A program made the translations under genes and the position numbers. From the NCBI GenBank assembly GCA_964410585.1, contig CAYPFW010000002.1:177077-241076 (forward strand): a stretch of DNA of 64,000 nt, in the 5' to 3' direction. Origin of the DNA: an uncultured archaeon (GTDB lineage Archaea > Aenigmatarchaeota > Aenigmatarchaeia > QMZP01 > JACQNV01). This document shows positions 27,413 to 36,485 of this stretch, in pieces. A model generated the notes under the pieces. The model was given only the letters and a program-made list of their open reading frames with translations. It had not been told where the DNA came from and ran no database searches. Within the stretch, counting starts at the first letter, position 1; each line of letters starts with the position of its first letter.

Positions 27413-29386
27413 ATGAGGCCATTTATCATATCGTTTGTTGCGCTTTTGATTTTAGTAGTTTCAGTAGCTGCAGCCCCAATAATCACAATTCACTCACCAC
27501 AGCAAAACCAGGTTCTAAATACATCAACTGTTTTTATCAACGTTTCCTCAAACTCAACTGCAAACTTTACATACACAATTGATGCAGCCGCTTTCGATGT
27601 TTTGGGCACAAACACAACATTGGCTTCAACATCAATCAATACGTCGGAGGGTTTGCACACCCTAACAGTAAAAGCAAAAGACTCAACAGGAAATACAACA
27701 ACATCTGTAAGCTTTTTCGTTGATTCGACCCTACCTTTGGTCACATTGAATTTCCCTGAAAACAATTCTAATTTCCAAACACAGCAAGCCAATTTCATTT
27801 TCACCGCCTCAGATAATTTAGCAAGTTCCTTAGCATGTTCATTTTCAATAGATGGAAAAGAAAAACAGACAAAGGTTTTAGTTAATCCCCAAAAAGCCGA
27901 GTTCGCAGAAATTGTTTCTGAGGGAAACCACAATTGGTCAATATCTTGTAAAGATCAAGCAGGAAATACAAGAACACAAAGCAGGATATTTTCAGTTGAT
28001 TCTATTTGTGGAATAAACACGTATAACATTGGTGTGCAAAACAATTTGATAACATTTTTTGTAAAAAATACAGGAACAAAGGATTACTTCGCTGAATATA
28101 CAGTAAAAGTAAATCTAGACCAAATTGTAAAGGATTTTGTGCAAGTCAAGGTCGGTGAATCAAAGCTTGTCCAAAGAAATTTCCAATTTGAGGACAATAA
28201 AGATTACTTGATAGAGTCTTTTGTAAAATCAGACTGTGGAATGGAAGATAGTTTATCAGTGCAATACAAAAAAGTAGGTCCTGTCTGCACAAATCCAGAC
28301 GGTTTTACAAGCGAAATAAAATGTGATGCAGCAAATAGAAGGATGATACAGTGCTTGACAGGTGGTCAGTGGTCAGAATATAGTAAAGAGCAATACCTAT
28401 ATTGCAATTCTTGTTCACATTGTGGGGATGGTTTGATAAATTGTGGTGAAACAGAATCGACATGTCAACAAGACTACAGGCTTCAGGCCTCGTGTGATTG
28501 TTTGAACAAGCGACAGGTTGTTGGCTCAACTGTAATAACTGGTTCAAATTTCTACAACTCGTGTAGGGGTGTCTGCAACTTAGATTGCTCTTCGGATTTT
28601 GAATGTCCGAGTGGATTTTGCTCAGATTTCAAGTGCGGAATACGCCCGGGATCTTGCCAACTATCTTTGGATGATTTGGAATACAACTTGCAGGCAGGGG
28701 TCAATTCAACTTCATATATACTAGCAAAAGCAAAAAACATTGGCCAAATCCCAACAAATGTGACACTGACCTTGAAAGTTGATGGTAACCAATATAACCA
28801 ATCTACCTTCCCTCTGGCTGCTTTAGAAGAAGCATTGAAAACTTTTTACTATTCTCTAACCCAAGTAGGAAATCACAAAGTTTCTTTGGATACAAGTGCA
28901 TCTTGCGGTTTTTCTCAAACAAAAGAAGTTGATGTTGAAGTTGTTAACAAAACAATCACTTCTATAAACCTAGATGTTCCAGCTGTCACAATAGTTGATT
29001 TGGATCCTCTTTCAATAACAGCCAATCAAGGCAGTGACAGCACATTTAAAATAAGCATCAAAACAACAAGACCACAGACATTTGTTTTGAATATTTCTGG
29101 AGTCCCGGAAAGCTGGCTGTCTTACCCAAGTATTATTGGAACAGGAAGGGAGCGGGATGTTTATGTTCATTTGCTTGCAAGAAATTCTGGTGAATACAAT
29201 TTATCTATTTCAGTTTTAGGCGAAACCCAAGAATTCAAATTCAATCCACAAGTAGTTGTCATTGAACCAGAAACAATTGGAGAAAGGGAACTTATTTTGG
29301 CTCTTTCTGTGATTGCAGTTTTGTTCATAGCTGTCCTGTACTTTGCTTTCAAAAGGTTCGAACATGAAGAATTTGAGTACGATTAA
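27413..29386 (+). CDS. Membrane-anchored Ig-like/CARDB surface protein with Cys-rich module
   Basis: Signal peptide; EG.H...V.A.D..GN Ig repeats; CGDG..NCGET..TC; C-terminal TM helix. Confidence 0.8.
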   Translation: MRPFIISFVALLILVVSVAAAPIITIHSPQQNQVLNTSTVFINVSSNSTANFTYTIDAAAFDVLGTNTTLASTSINTSEGLHTLTVKAKDSTGNTTTSVSFFVDSTLPLVTLNFPENNSNFQTQQANFIFTASDNLASSLACSFSIDGKEKQTKVLVNPQKAEFAEIVSEGNHNWSISCKDQAGNTRTQSRIFSVDSICGINTYNIGVQNNLITFFVKNTGTKDYFAEYTVKVNLDQIVKDFVQVKVGESKLVQRNFQFEDNKDYLIESFVKSDCGMEDSLSVQYKKVGPVCTNPDGFTSEIKCDAANRRMIQCLTGGQWSEYSKEQYLYCNSCSHCGDGLINCGETESTCQQDYRLQASCDCLNKRQVVGSTVITGSNFYNSCRGVCNLDCSSDFECPSGFCSDFKCGIRPGSCQLSLDDLEYNLQAGVNSTSYILAKAKNIGQIPTNVTLTLKVDGNQYNQSTFPLAALEEALKTFYYSLTQVGNHKVSLDTSASCGFSQTKEVDVEVVNKTITSINLDVPAVTIVDLDPLSITANQGSDSTFKISIKTTRPQTFVLNISGVPESWLSYPSIIGTGRERDVYVHLLARNSGEYNLSISVLGETQEFKFNPQVVVIEPETIGERELILALSVIAVLFIAVLYFAFKRFEHEEFEYD

Positions 29387-29503
29387 GCCCTTTACTAAAA
29401 GGCTTATGCCAGTGAGAGCTGGAAACTGATCCGCTGATCAGTTTCGGTTTCCGCGGAGGCTAAAATTTGCTGCGCTGCGGCTTGAAAATTTTTACGCCTT
29501 CCA
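29384..29503 (-). repeat. Family B repeat with an inserted extra hairpin
   Basis: TAAGCCCTTTACTAAAAGGCTTA, inserted GAAACTGATC-CGCT-GATCAGTTTC, then CGGAGGCTAAAATTT...AAATTTTTACGCCTTCCA. Confidence 0.8.
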
Positions 29504-29591
29504 TGACCTTTTATCCTAAAAGGTCAATCAAAACAGGAGGCTAAAAAATTGCTCATTTCGATTCGCAATTTTTTTACGCTTTCCACTAATT
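29502..29591 (-). repeat. Family B repeat (tandem second copy)
   Basis: CATGACCTTTTATCCTAAAAGGTCAATCAAAACAGGAGGCTAAAAAATTGC...GCAATTTTTTTACGCTTTCCAC. Confidence 0.85.
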
Positions 29592-29623
29592 CAATATATA
29601 CTAATTCTAACAAAATAACATAT

Positions 29624-30805
29624 ATGAAAACCAGAAAAATCTGTAAGATCCCAATTTCTGAGAGGGAGTTAGAACTTCCCAAAACACAGTTTGTCCAAAT
29701 AATGAAAATCGCAGAAGAAGCAAAAGATATTATTTCTCTAGGTCCAGGCGAGCCTGATTTTGATACACCAAAACACATCAGAGACTTTGCAAAGAAAAAA
29801 CTAGATGAGGGAAAAACACACTACACAGCAATTGGTGGAATGTCAGAAGTAAAAGAAGCTTTTGCAAAAAAACTTAAAAGGGAAAACAAAGTTTCTGTTG
29901 ATCCTGAATCGCAGATCATAGTCACAGTCGGTGCAAAAGAAGCAATCCTTCTGTCTCTCATGTCGCTTTTAGATCCTGGAGAATCTGCAGTTGTCCCAAA
30001 TCCAGGATATGTAGCCTACATTCCTATAATAGATACCTTGAATGGCAAACCAATTTCTATACAACTAAAACCAGAAGAAAATTTTGAATATGATTTGGAC
30101 AAAGTTAAAAAACAAATCACAGACAAAACAACTCTATTGATTTTGAATTCGCCTTCAAACCCTACAGGAACTGTTTTTTCCAAGAAAAAGTTGGAGGAGA
30201 TAGCAGACTTTGCAAGAGATAATTGTTTGATTGTTCTTTCAGACGAAGCTTATGAAAAATTTGTTTACGATGGTGAAAGGCACATAAGCATTGGAAGTTT
30301 GAATGGAATGGAAAGTCATGTTGTCAGTATTTTTTCTTTCTCAAAAACATATGCAATGCCTGGCTTTCGTGTTGGTTATGCAGCAGGTCCAAAAGACATA
30401 ATAGAGGCAATGACGCGACTCAAACTTGGATCAACATTGTCGACGCCTACTGTTTCCCAACTTGCTGCAAAATATGCTCTGGAAAGTTCGCAGGCTTCTG
30501 TTTCACACATGTTGAAAGAATATACAAGAAGGCGCACTCTGATTTACAAAAGAGTTAGGGAGATAGGTTTTGAGTGCCAAAAACCAAAAGGAGCCTTCTA
30601 TCTTTTCCCATCAATAAAAAATTTCGGTCTTTCGTCTGTTGAGTTTTCAAAATTCCTTTTGGAAAAAGCCAAAGTGTTGGTTGTCCCAGGAACTGAATTC
30701 GGAAAATATGGAGAAGGTTTTGTCAGGATGTCCTACGCAACTGAATATCACAAGATAGAAGAGGCTATGGATAGGATTGAGAAGGCTGTGAAAAAGCTAA
30801 ACTAA
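29624..30805 (+). CDS. Aspartate aminotransferase-like PLP enzyme (class I/II)
   Basis: GEPDFDTP, NSPSNPTG, SDEAY, SFSKTYAMPGFRVG; ATG at 29624. Confidence 0.93.
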   Translation: MKTRKICKIPISERELELPKTQFVQIMKIAEEAKDIISLGPGEPDFDTPKHIRDFAKKKLDEGKTHYTAIGGMSEVKEAFAKKLKRENKVSVDPESQIIVTVGAKEAILLSLMSLLDPGESAVVPNPGYVAYIPIIDTLNGKPISIQLKPEENFEYDLDKVKKQITDKTTLLILNSPSNPTGTVFSKKKLEEIADFARDNCLIVLSDEAYEKFVYDGERHISIGSLNGMESHVVSIFSFSKTYAMPGFRVGYAAGPKDIIEAMTRLKLGSTLSTPTVSQLAAKYALESSQASVSHMLKEYTRRRTLIYKRVREIGFECQKPKGAFYLFPSIKNFGLSSVEFSKFLLEKAKVLVVPGTEFGKYGEGFVRMSYATEYHKIEEAMDRIEKAVKKLN

Positions 30806-30832
30806 TTTATATTTTTTGTTCCTATCTAAATT

Positions 30833-31567
30833 ATGGCAAAAATAGGTATTATAGGCGGCTCTGGTCTTGATGATCCAAAAATTTTGGAGGATTTTCAAGA
30901 AAAAGATGTAGACACACCATACGGCAAACCTTCTTCCAAACTAACTTGCGGAAAACTTTCTGGTGTTGATGTTGTTGTTTTGGCTCGACACGGGAAAGGT
31001 CACACGATCATGCCGACAAAAGTGAATTTCCGCGCAAACATTTGGGCTCTAAAACAGCAAGGCTGTACACATATTTTGGCGGCAACAGCTGTTGGTTCTC
31101 TTAGAGAAGAAATAAAACCTGGAAATTTGGTTTTCCCAAACCAATTCATTGATTTCACAAAACACAGGACACTTACTTTTCACGAAGAAAAAGTCGTCCA
31201 TACACCAATGGCAGAGCCCTTTGACAAAAAGCTGAGAGAGCTTCTTGTGAAAACCTGCGAAAAACTCGGTTTCCCATACAACACAGACAAAACAGTAATC
31301 ACAATAGAGGGACCAAGATTTTCAACAAAAGCAGAATCAAAAATGTTTAGGCTTCTTGGCGCAGACATAATCAATATGTCTACATGCCCTGAGGTTATTT
31401 TGGCAAATGAATTGGAAATACCATATCAATCAATTGCAATGTCGACTGATTTCGATAGTTGGAAAGAAGGCGAAGAACCTGTTACATGGGACATGATCAA
31501 GGAAAGAATGCACCAAAATTCTGAGAAAGTGAAAAAATTGTTGACAGAAGTTGTTGGAAAGATATAA
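30833..31567 (+). CDS. mtnP: S-methyl-5'-thioadenosine phosphorylase
   Basis: GIIGGSG, TPYGKPS, LARHG, EGPRFSTKAES, INMS..PE, STDFD.W. Confidence 0.93.
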   Translation: MAKIGIIGGSGLDDPKILEDFQEKDVDTPYGKPSSKLTCGKLSGVDVVVLARHGKGHTIMPTKVNFRANIWALKQQGCTHILAATAVGSLREEIKPGNLVFPNQFIDFTKHRTLTFHEEKVVHTPMAEPFDKKLRELLVKTCEKLGFPYNTDKTVITIEGPRFSTKAESKMFRLLGADIINMSTCPEVILANELEIPYQSIAMSTDFDSWKEGEEPVTWDMIKERMHQNSEKVKKLLTEVVGKI

Positions 31568-31569
31568 TT

Positions 31570-32001
31570 ATGCAATATCCAAAGCAAAGAATAGAGCCGG
31601 TTGGTTTGTTTGAACTTTACAAATTAGAAGAGGTTGGTGAATTTGATAAAAATAGTTTGAGAGATAGGCTTAGTCAAATACAAAAGGATTTGGATCGTGT
31701 CTGCGAATTTGATTTGAGAAATCCATTGACCTCTTATATTTTTTGCTCGATTGTTGTCAGAAAAGTTGGTTTTCAGTCTTGTGAGTATGAAGATATTAAA
31801 GATGATCCCTCACTAATTTGGTTGCTAAGGGGAAATTTTAGCATTCTTGATCTAGGAACAAGAGACCAACAAATAGAAAGTTTTAAGAAAAATTATATGA
31901 GAGCTCTTAAGTCTGCACCTGAAAGATTGGATGGGACTTATCCTATTTCAATAGAAATAGATATAGACGGATGTATAGATGTTGTTAGAACACAGCTCTG
32001 A
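31570..32001 (+). CDS. Hypothetical protein
   Basis: 143-aa ORF starting 2 nt after mtnP. Confidence 0.6.
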   Translation: MQYPKQRIEPVGLFELYKLEEVGEFDKNSLRDRLSQIQKDLDRVCEFDLRNPLTSYIFCSIVVRKVGFQSCEYEDIKDDPSLIWLLRGNFSILDLGTRDQQIESFKKNYMRALKSAPERLDGTYPISIEIDIDGCIDVVRTQL

Positions 32002-32114
32002 AATTGGTAAAGACTTATGGCTAATAACAAAGGATTGCTTGTTGTATAATTTGGCTATAAAAGAGCTATGTTTTGAACAGAGTTAATTTATATGTTTAAC
32101 TACCAACTAGTGAA

Positions 32115-33719
32115 ATGAGATTTCCACAAGTCTCTGGATACAGATTATTGGAGAAGATTGGTGAAGGTGAGTTTAGAGATGTTTATAGGGTATGGAAAGT
32201 TTTGGAATTTGGCAACAGATCAAAAGAAGGTGATAGGACAGACATTTATCCGTGTGCTTTGAAAGTATACAAAAACCCAAGGCATATAAACACAGGGCTC
32301 GAAGAGTTGAGAATTAGAAGAGATTCTCTTAAAGGGGGTCAGGGATCTGAAGGTATAGAACAAGTCTATAATTTCGGGTCGTTGGATGGGGGGCTTTTTG
32401 TTGAAACAGAACTTATAGATGGTTATCCTATATTGAAAAAGCAATTTGAAGATGTAGAAGGAAAAAGAAAGTGTGTTGGTTCTGTTTTTACGCGTAATTT
32501 TTCCTTTGTTGAAACTGTGAAAATTGGGATCAAAATTGCAAAAGCTTTGGAATACCTTCATTCCAGAGGATATGTAGCAAGAGACCTGAGTTTAGCCAAC
32601 ATCATGGTTAACGATGACCTTTCTGTTGTCAAAATATGTGATATTGATCACATAAAAAGAATAGGTGATACTGTGAAGCCTGAAAGCAGGCCGGATGGGG
32701 TCACAAAAATAGTAGGTCAGGAATACATGAATTTTGATATGCTTGAAAGAAGCGACTTGGCCTTAGATGAGTCAACAGATCTTTATGCTTTGGGGTGTTG
32801 CATGCTTTACATGCTTAGCAGAAGGGAGCATAAAATAGAAGCCAGTAGTCCGGAAGAGTTTAGAGAAAAACAAAGAAAACTTGCAGAAGACATTGATTTT
32901 GGAAATGTCCCAGAACACTTGAAAAATGGCATGAAAAAAGTTTTAGTGGAGGTGTTAGGGCTTGATGGCAAAACAGCAATGCCAGTGAATGCTAGTGAAT
33001 TTCTGAACAAAATAGAACCAATAAACAGAGACCTTAGTCTGATTTATAGGTATTCGGGGATGCCTGTAATTGCTAGGTGTGGAAGGGGTAGAGATCTTTT
33101 TGTTTATGGTTTAGTTAGAAGTGTGGATTACCATAGAGGGGTAAGAACGGCTGACATGAAAAAATTAGTTTTTGAAAAACTTGTTGTCCTTGAGGCTATT
33201 CCTGATGTTCGCTTTTTTGCCGATTCGCCCCAACCAACTAGTATTTTAGATCCAACAATAGATGAGATTAAGTCAAATAAGGGGAAATCATTCAAATCGA
33301 GAAAAGATCCTAATTTACTAGTAGCGGATTACTCACTAGAAGGATATAGAGCAACTATTGAGACTCAACATCCTTCCCAAGGAAGATTAATGTATAACAC
33401 ATGTTATATTGGACACGAAACAGGCGAACTGCCGGGACATGGGAAAGGTCCCCTATTTTTCCATATATTCGAGCGCGAGTTTTTTGAAGGTCCAATAAGT
33501 TTCAGATTTGACGATTCTGCTGAAATGCTACATTTGTTTAGAGATCATGATCTTGACAAAGAAATAGAAGGCTCTGAGGAAAGTGCTCTTGAGGAATGTG
33601 AAGGTGGTTTCATGAAATATCTAAAAACTTCAGAGAAATTGAGAGAAAGCGCCATGGCAAAATTGCGATCAAGAGGAAAGTGGGTCAGGATTAACGAGCT
33701 TTTGGAGGCTTCTGAATAA
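32115..33719 (+). CDS. Divergent Hanks-type Ser/Thr protein kinase with unknown C-terminal domain
   Basis: IGEGEF..VY, ALK, YLHSRG.VARDLSLANIM, KICD, DLYALG. Confidence 0.8.
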   Translation: MRFPQVSGYRLLEKIGEGEFRDVYRVWKVLEFGNRSKEGDRTDIYPCALKVYKNPRHINTGLEELRIRRDSLKGGQGSEGIEQVYNFGSLDGGLFVETELIDGYPILKKQFEDVEGKRKCVGSVFTRNFSFVETVKIGIKIAKALEYLHSRGYVARDLSLANIMVNDDLSVVKICDIDHIKRIGDTVKPESRPDGVTKIVGQEYMNFDMLERSDLALDESTDLYALGCCMLYMLSRREHKIEASSPEEFREKQRKLAEDIDFGNVPEHLKNGMKKVLVEVLGLDGKTAMPVNASEFLNKIEPINRDLSLIYRYSGMPVIARCGRGRDLFVYGLVRSVDYHRGVRTADMKKLVFEKLVVLEAIPDVRFFADSPQPTSILDPTIDEIKSNKGKSFKSRKDPNLLVADYSLEGYRATIETQHPSQGRLMYNTCYIGHETGELPGHGKGPLFFHIFEREFFEGPISFRFDDSAEMLHLFRDHDLDKEIEGSEESALEECEGGFMKYLKTSEKLRESAMAKLRSRGKWVRINELLEASE

Positions 33720-34632
33720 GTTTGTCAAAGTTTATCCCAAATATTGGCTGGCTTGCATCATATGTGTCTATTATAATTTTACCCAACGTTGAAATTAGGA
33801 AAAGGTTGTCTTTTGGTTGGGATAAAAGGAGTTTTTTGGCTTTTTCCATATAACTTTCTTTTGACTCATATAGATGGATATTTTTTTCTATATTAAAATT
33901 GAAATACATGTCATGTATGTGTTCCAGTATCTCATTTACGTCTTTAAAGAATTTCATGCTTTCCTTGCTTATTGATTTTGGGTGGTTTTTGTTGTAGTGG
34001 TTGCAAATGAGCTTGTAAGAATCTCCAATATTTTCCAATTTTTGAACAAGATGATAATAGAATTGGGGCATTTCATTTAGATTGTCCTTGAAAATGCTGA
34101 GAGCCCTTAGCGAGTAGAAATGAAGCTTGTTTTGCGTCTTTTCCAAAACAACTGTGTTGGAAAGAGAATTAAAATCACCATTTGAAAAATTCTCAAATAC
34201 TCTTTTCGAAAAGTAGATTGTTATGTCAAAGAACCTTTTAAACGCTTTTTCAAAGTCCTGATCGTTTATGTCTGTTATACTTTTTAAAAAAATACTGTTG
34301 TCTTTCTGTTCAACTATTTCATAGCCTATTAATTCGCCTATTCTTTCTTCAATTGTTTTTATGTATTCTGGATTGTCAAAAGTGAACAATATCTCATCCA
34401 CTCCTGACCTGTATGCATGGAATAGTATCCTCAGGATTGTGGGCTTGTGAGCTGGTAAATTGACTTCTATTCTTTTTATATTATGCTTCTTACTTGAATA
34501 GATTATCAAAGAACTTCCCTTTTCTTCAATCTCCAGTATATCACCTTTATCCAGCCTGTTTTTTTCAGCCCAGTTTTTAGGTAGACTTACAGTGAGTGTT
34601 CCGGGTCCAACTTTGTTGATTTTCCGTTTCAT
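33691..34632 (-). CDS. AbrB/MazE-type DNA-binding domain plus PhoU-like regulator
   Basis: MKRKINKVG..TLTVSLPK.W....L.KGD; Y.SG.DEI; LIGYEIVEQ; LENIGD. Confidence 0.85.
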   Translation of the reverse strand: MKRKINKVGPGTLTVSLPKNWAEKNRLDKGDILEIEEKGSSLIIYSSKKHNIKRIEVNLPAHKPTILRILFHAYRSGVDEILFTFDNPEYIKTIEERIGELIGYEIVEQKDNSIFLKSITDINDQDFEKAFKRFFDITIYFSKRVFENFSNGDFNSLSNTVVLEKTQNKLHFYSLRALSIFKDNLNEMPQFYYHLVQKLENIGDSYKLICNHYNKNHPKSISKESMKFFKDVNEILEHIHDMYFNFNIEKNIHLYESKESYMEKAKKLLLSQPKDNLFLISTLGKIIIDTYDASQPIFGINFDKLIQKPPKAR

Positions 34633-34719
34633 AATTATAATTGTCTTATGTATATATAAATTTTATTATAATAATTATATTTACGATAAGTATATACTTT
34701 TTCTTTCCAAGTATCCTGA

Positions 34720-35829
34720 ATGGCTAAGAGAATTTGTATACTGGGGGCAGGCGGAACACCTGGACAGGTTAGGACACAATCAGGAGAATTGGTTCCGACT
34801 ACGGGAATAGGTGAACTGATACCAGAACTGAGGCGTCGCTATGCTTTTGATGGACTAGATATCTTGACAGAAGAACTGTTCAATATAGACAGCTCAGAGA
34901 TGGGGACAGATCATGAGGATAAGCTGGGATATAACATCTCGAAAAAAATGAGCATGCATGAAAACCAATATGATGGCATTGTGGTTATACATGGAACAGA
35001 TACAATGACCGCTACCTTACAGGCCCTTTATTTGGGTCTAAAGAACAGAACAGTTCCTGTCACCCTAACAGGGTCTCAAATAAGCGCCGACCAGCCTGAC
35101 ACAGATTTTTTTGAAAATTTAAGAGGATCTATTGAATCGACTTTAGCTAGGGAGTATACAGAGCCTGTAATATTTTTCAATGGTGGCGTGTATAGAGCAG
35201 ATGTTGCACATAAAGTTGACACAATGGCTAGAGGCGCATTTGCTAACTTATCCAAGAGAGATGGGTTATCAGATGAGTGTGAAAGTGTTGGAAGAGCAGA
35301 GTATGATGTTTCCCATTCAAGAGTTAAGGTCTATAAGCTGCATAGAAGGTCTTTTGACGAAAATGATTTTGAAATTGATTTGGTTTCTCATGCCGGTCTT
35401 GTCATTGAAGGTTATGGTATGGGAAATTGTCCAAAAAAGATGATGGAAGTTTTGAAGGCATGCTTATCAGAAAAGCCAAAGCCAGTTATTTTGTCTTCAA
35501 GTGCGGGGGGGCAGACAGATCAAACAGAATATTCATCTGGAAAACAGCTTATACAAAACAAATTCGAAGACCGCGATGGTAGTCATACACCACTTGTTGC
35601 AACCTCAGGTGATTGGACAACTGAATACTGCTTGACAAGGCTTTCCTATATTTTGGGTCATATTGAAACGAAAGAAATTCCTGTAAGACAGGTTCATGAG
35701 CTGTTTTTAATGGGTTGTAGAGTCAGAAGGAAAGAATTATATGAAGAAATAACAGGCGAGAGAGTTTATGTAAGTGACCTGTTAAACAACGGGATTTTTG
35801 AGAGGGGTTTGACAGAACTTAGAAGATAA
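34720..35829 (+). CDS. Divergent L-asparaginase family protein
   Basis: GAGGT, IDSSEM, HGTDT, LTGSQ, EGYGMGN. Confidence 0.8.
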   Translation: MAKRICILGAGGTPGQVRTQSGELVPTTGIGELIPELRRRYAFDGLDILTEELFNIDSSEMGTDHEDKLGYNISKKMSMHENQYDGIVVIHGTDTMTATLQALYLGLKNRTVPVTLTGSQISADQPDTDFFENLRGSIESTLAREYTEPVIFFNGGVYRADVAHKVDTMARGAFANLSKRDGLSDECESVGRAEYDVSHSRVKVYKLHRRSFDENDFEIDLVSHAGLVIEGYGMGNCPKKMMEVLKACLSEKPKPVILSSSAGGQTDQTEYSSGKQLIQNKFEDRDGSHTPLVATSGDWTTEYCLTRLSYILGHIETKEIPVRQVHELFLMGCRVRRKELYEEITGERVYVSDLLNNGIFERGLTELRR

Positions 35830-35838
35830 AGCCAAAAA

Positions 35839-35854
35839 CCTGGGGCTCCCCAGG
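35839..35854. terminator. GC-rich inverted repeat between convergent genes
   Basis: CCTGGGG-CT-CCCCAGG. Confidence 0.4.
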
Positions 35855-35857
35855 AAA

Positions 35858-36304
35858 TTAACTCACTTTGGTAAAGCGATCTAGTACCCTATTGTATGAA
35901 TTTGATTCATCTGGTTTTCCACTACCTTCAGATACAGGACTTCCATTCCTCGGTGACCTGTCAAATTCATGATCTCTCGCAAAGTCTAAAGGTCTATCAT
36001 ATCCCTTTGGTATAAGATCCTCTCTTATTGATCTTTTTTGATCTTCTGAGAGTGGACCCTCAAGATGATGTAATTGTAAGCCTTCAGGATATGTTGTTTC
36101 AACATATCTTCCTTCTACCCTTGCTCCTGTTCTTGTGCTTCCAACACCTTCAAAATAACTTACTAAAACCTGAACATCCTCGTGTCCTAACCTTACTCTC
36201 TCAACTGCATATTGTCTTCCACCACCAACAGGGAGCCTTCCAGAATCTGCTTGAGCAGCTTCATGTTCGTGATCTATTGTAACTATTCTTCCTCTCAATA
36301 CCAT
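35858..36304 (-). CDS. Hypothetical protein
   Basis: ATG at 36304 preceded by GGAGGT; 148 aa. Confidence 0.65.
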   Translation of the reverse strand: MVLRGRIVTIDHEHEAAQADSGRLPVGGGRQYAVERVRLGHEDVQVLVSYFEGVGSTRTGARVEGRYVETTYPEGLQLHHLEGPLSEDQKRSIREDLIPKGYDRPLDFARDHEFDRSPRNGSPVSEGSGKPDESNSYNRVLDRFTKVS

Positions 36305-36399
36305 AGTAATACCTCCAATCCATATGTGTGGGAAATGTGCCATTTATATAACTTTCGGCTCAGTTCAGCAATTGACTTATATTTTCGTACGACAATCAA

Positions 36400-36458
36400 C
36401 TACCCCCCCTTTCTTTCCCGAAAGAAAGGTCTAAGGTACTCCAAAGAAAGGGAATTAC
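36400..36458 (+). repeat. Family A dispersed hairpin repeat
   Basis: CTACCCCCCCTTTCTTTCCCGAAAGAAAGGTCTAAGGTACTCCAAAGAAAGGGAATTAC. Confidence 0.85.
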
Positions 36459-36485
36459 ATTTAATATTACAAAATAATATGCATT

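Noticed and set aside
29549-29623. N-terminal extensions of ORF calls 29549, 49267 and 10780
   Set aside because: They run through repeat elements or an overlapping microprotein; downstream ATGs at 29624, 49396 and 10687 fit better.
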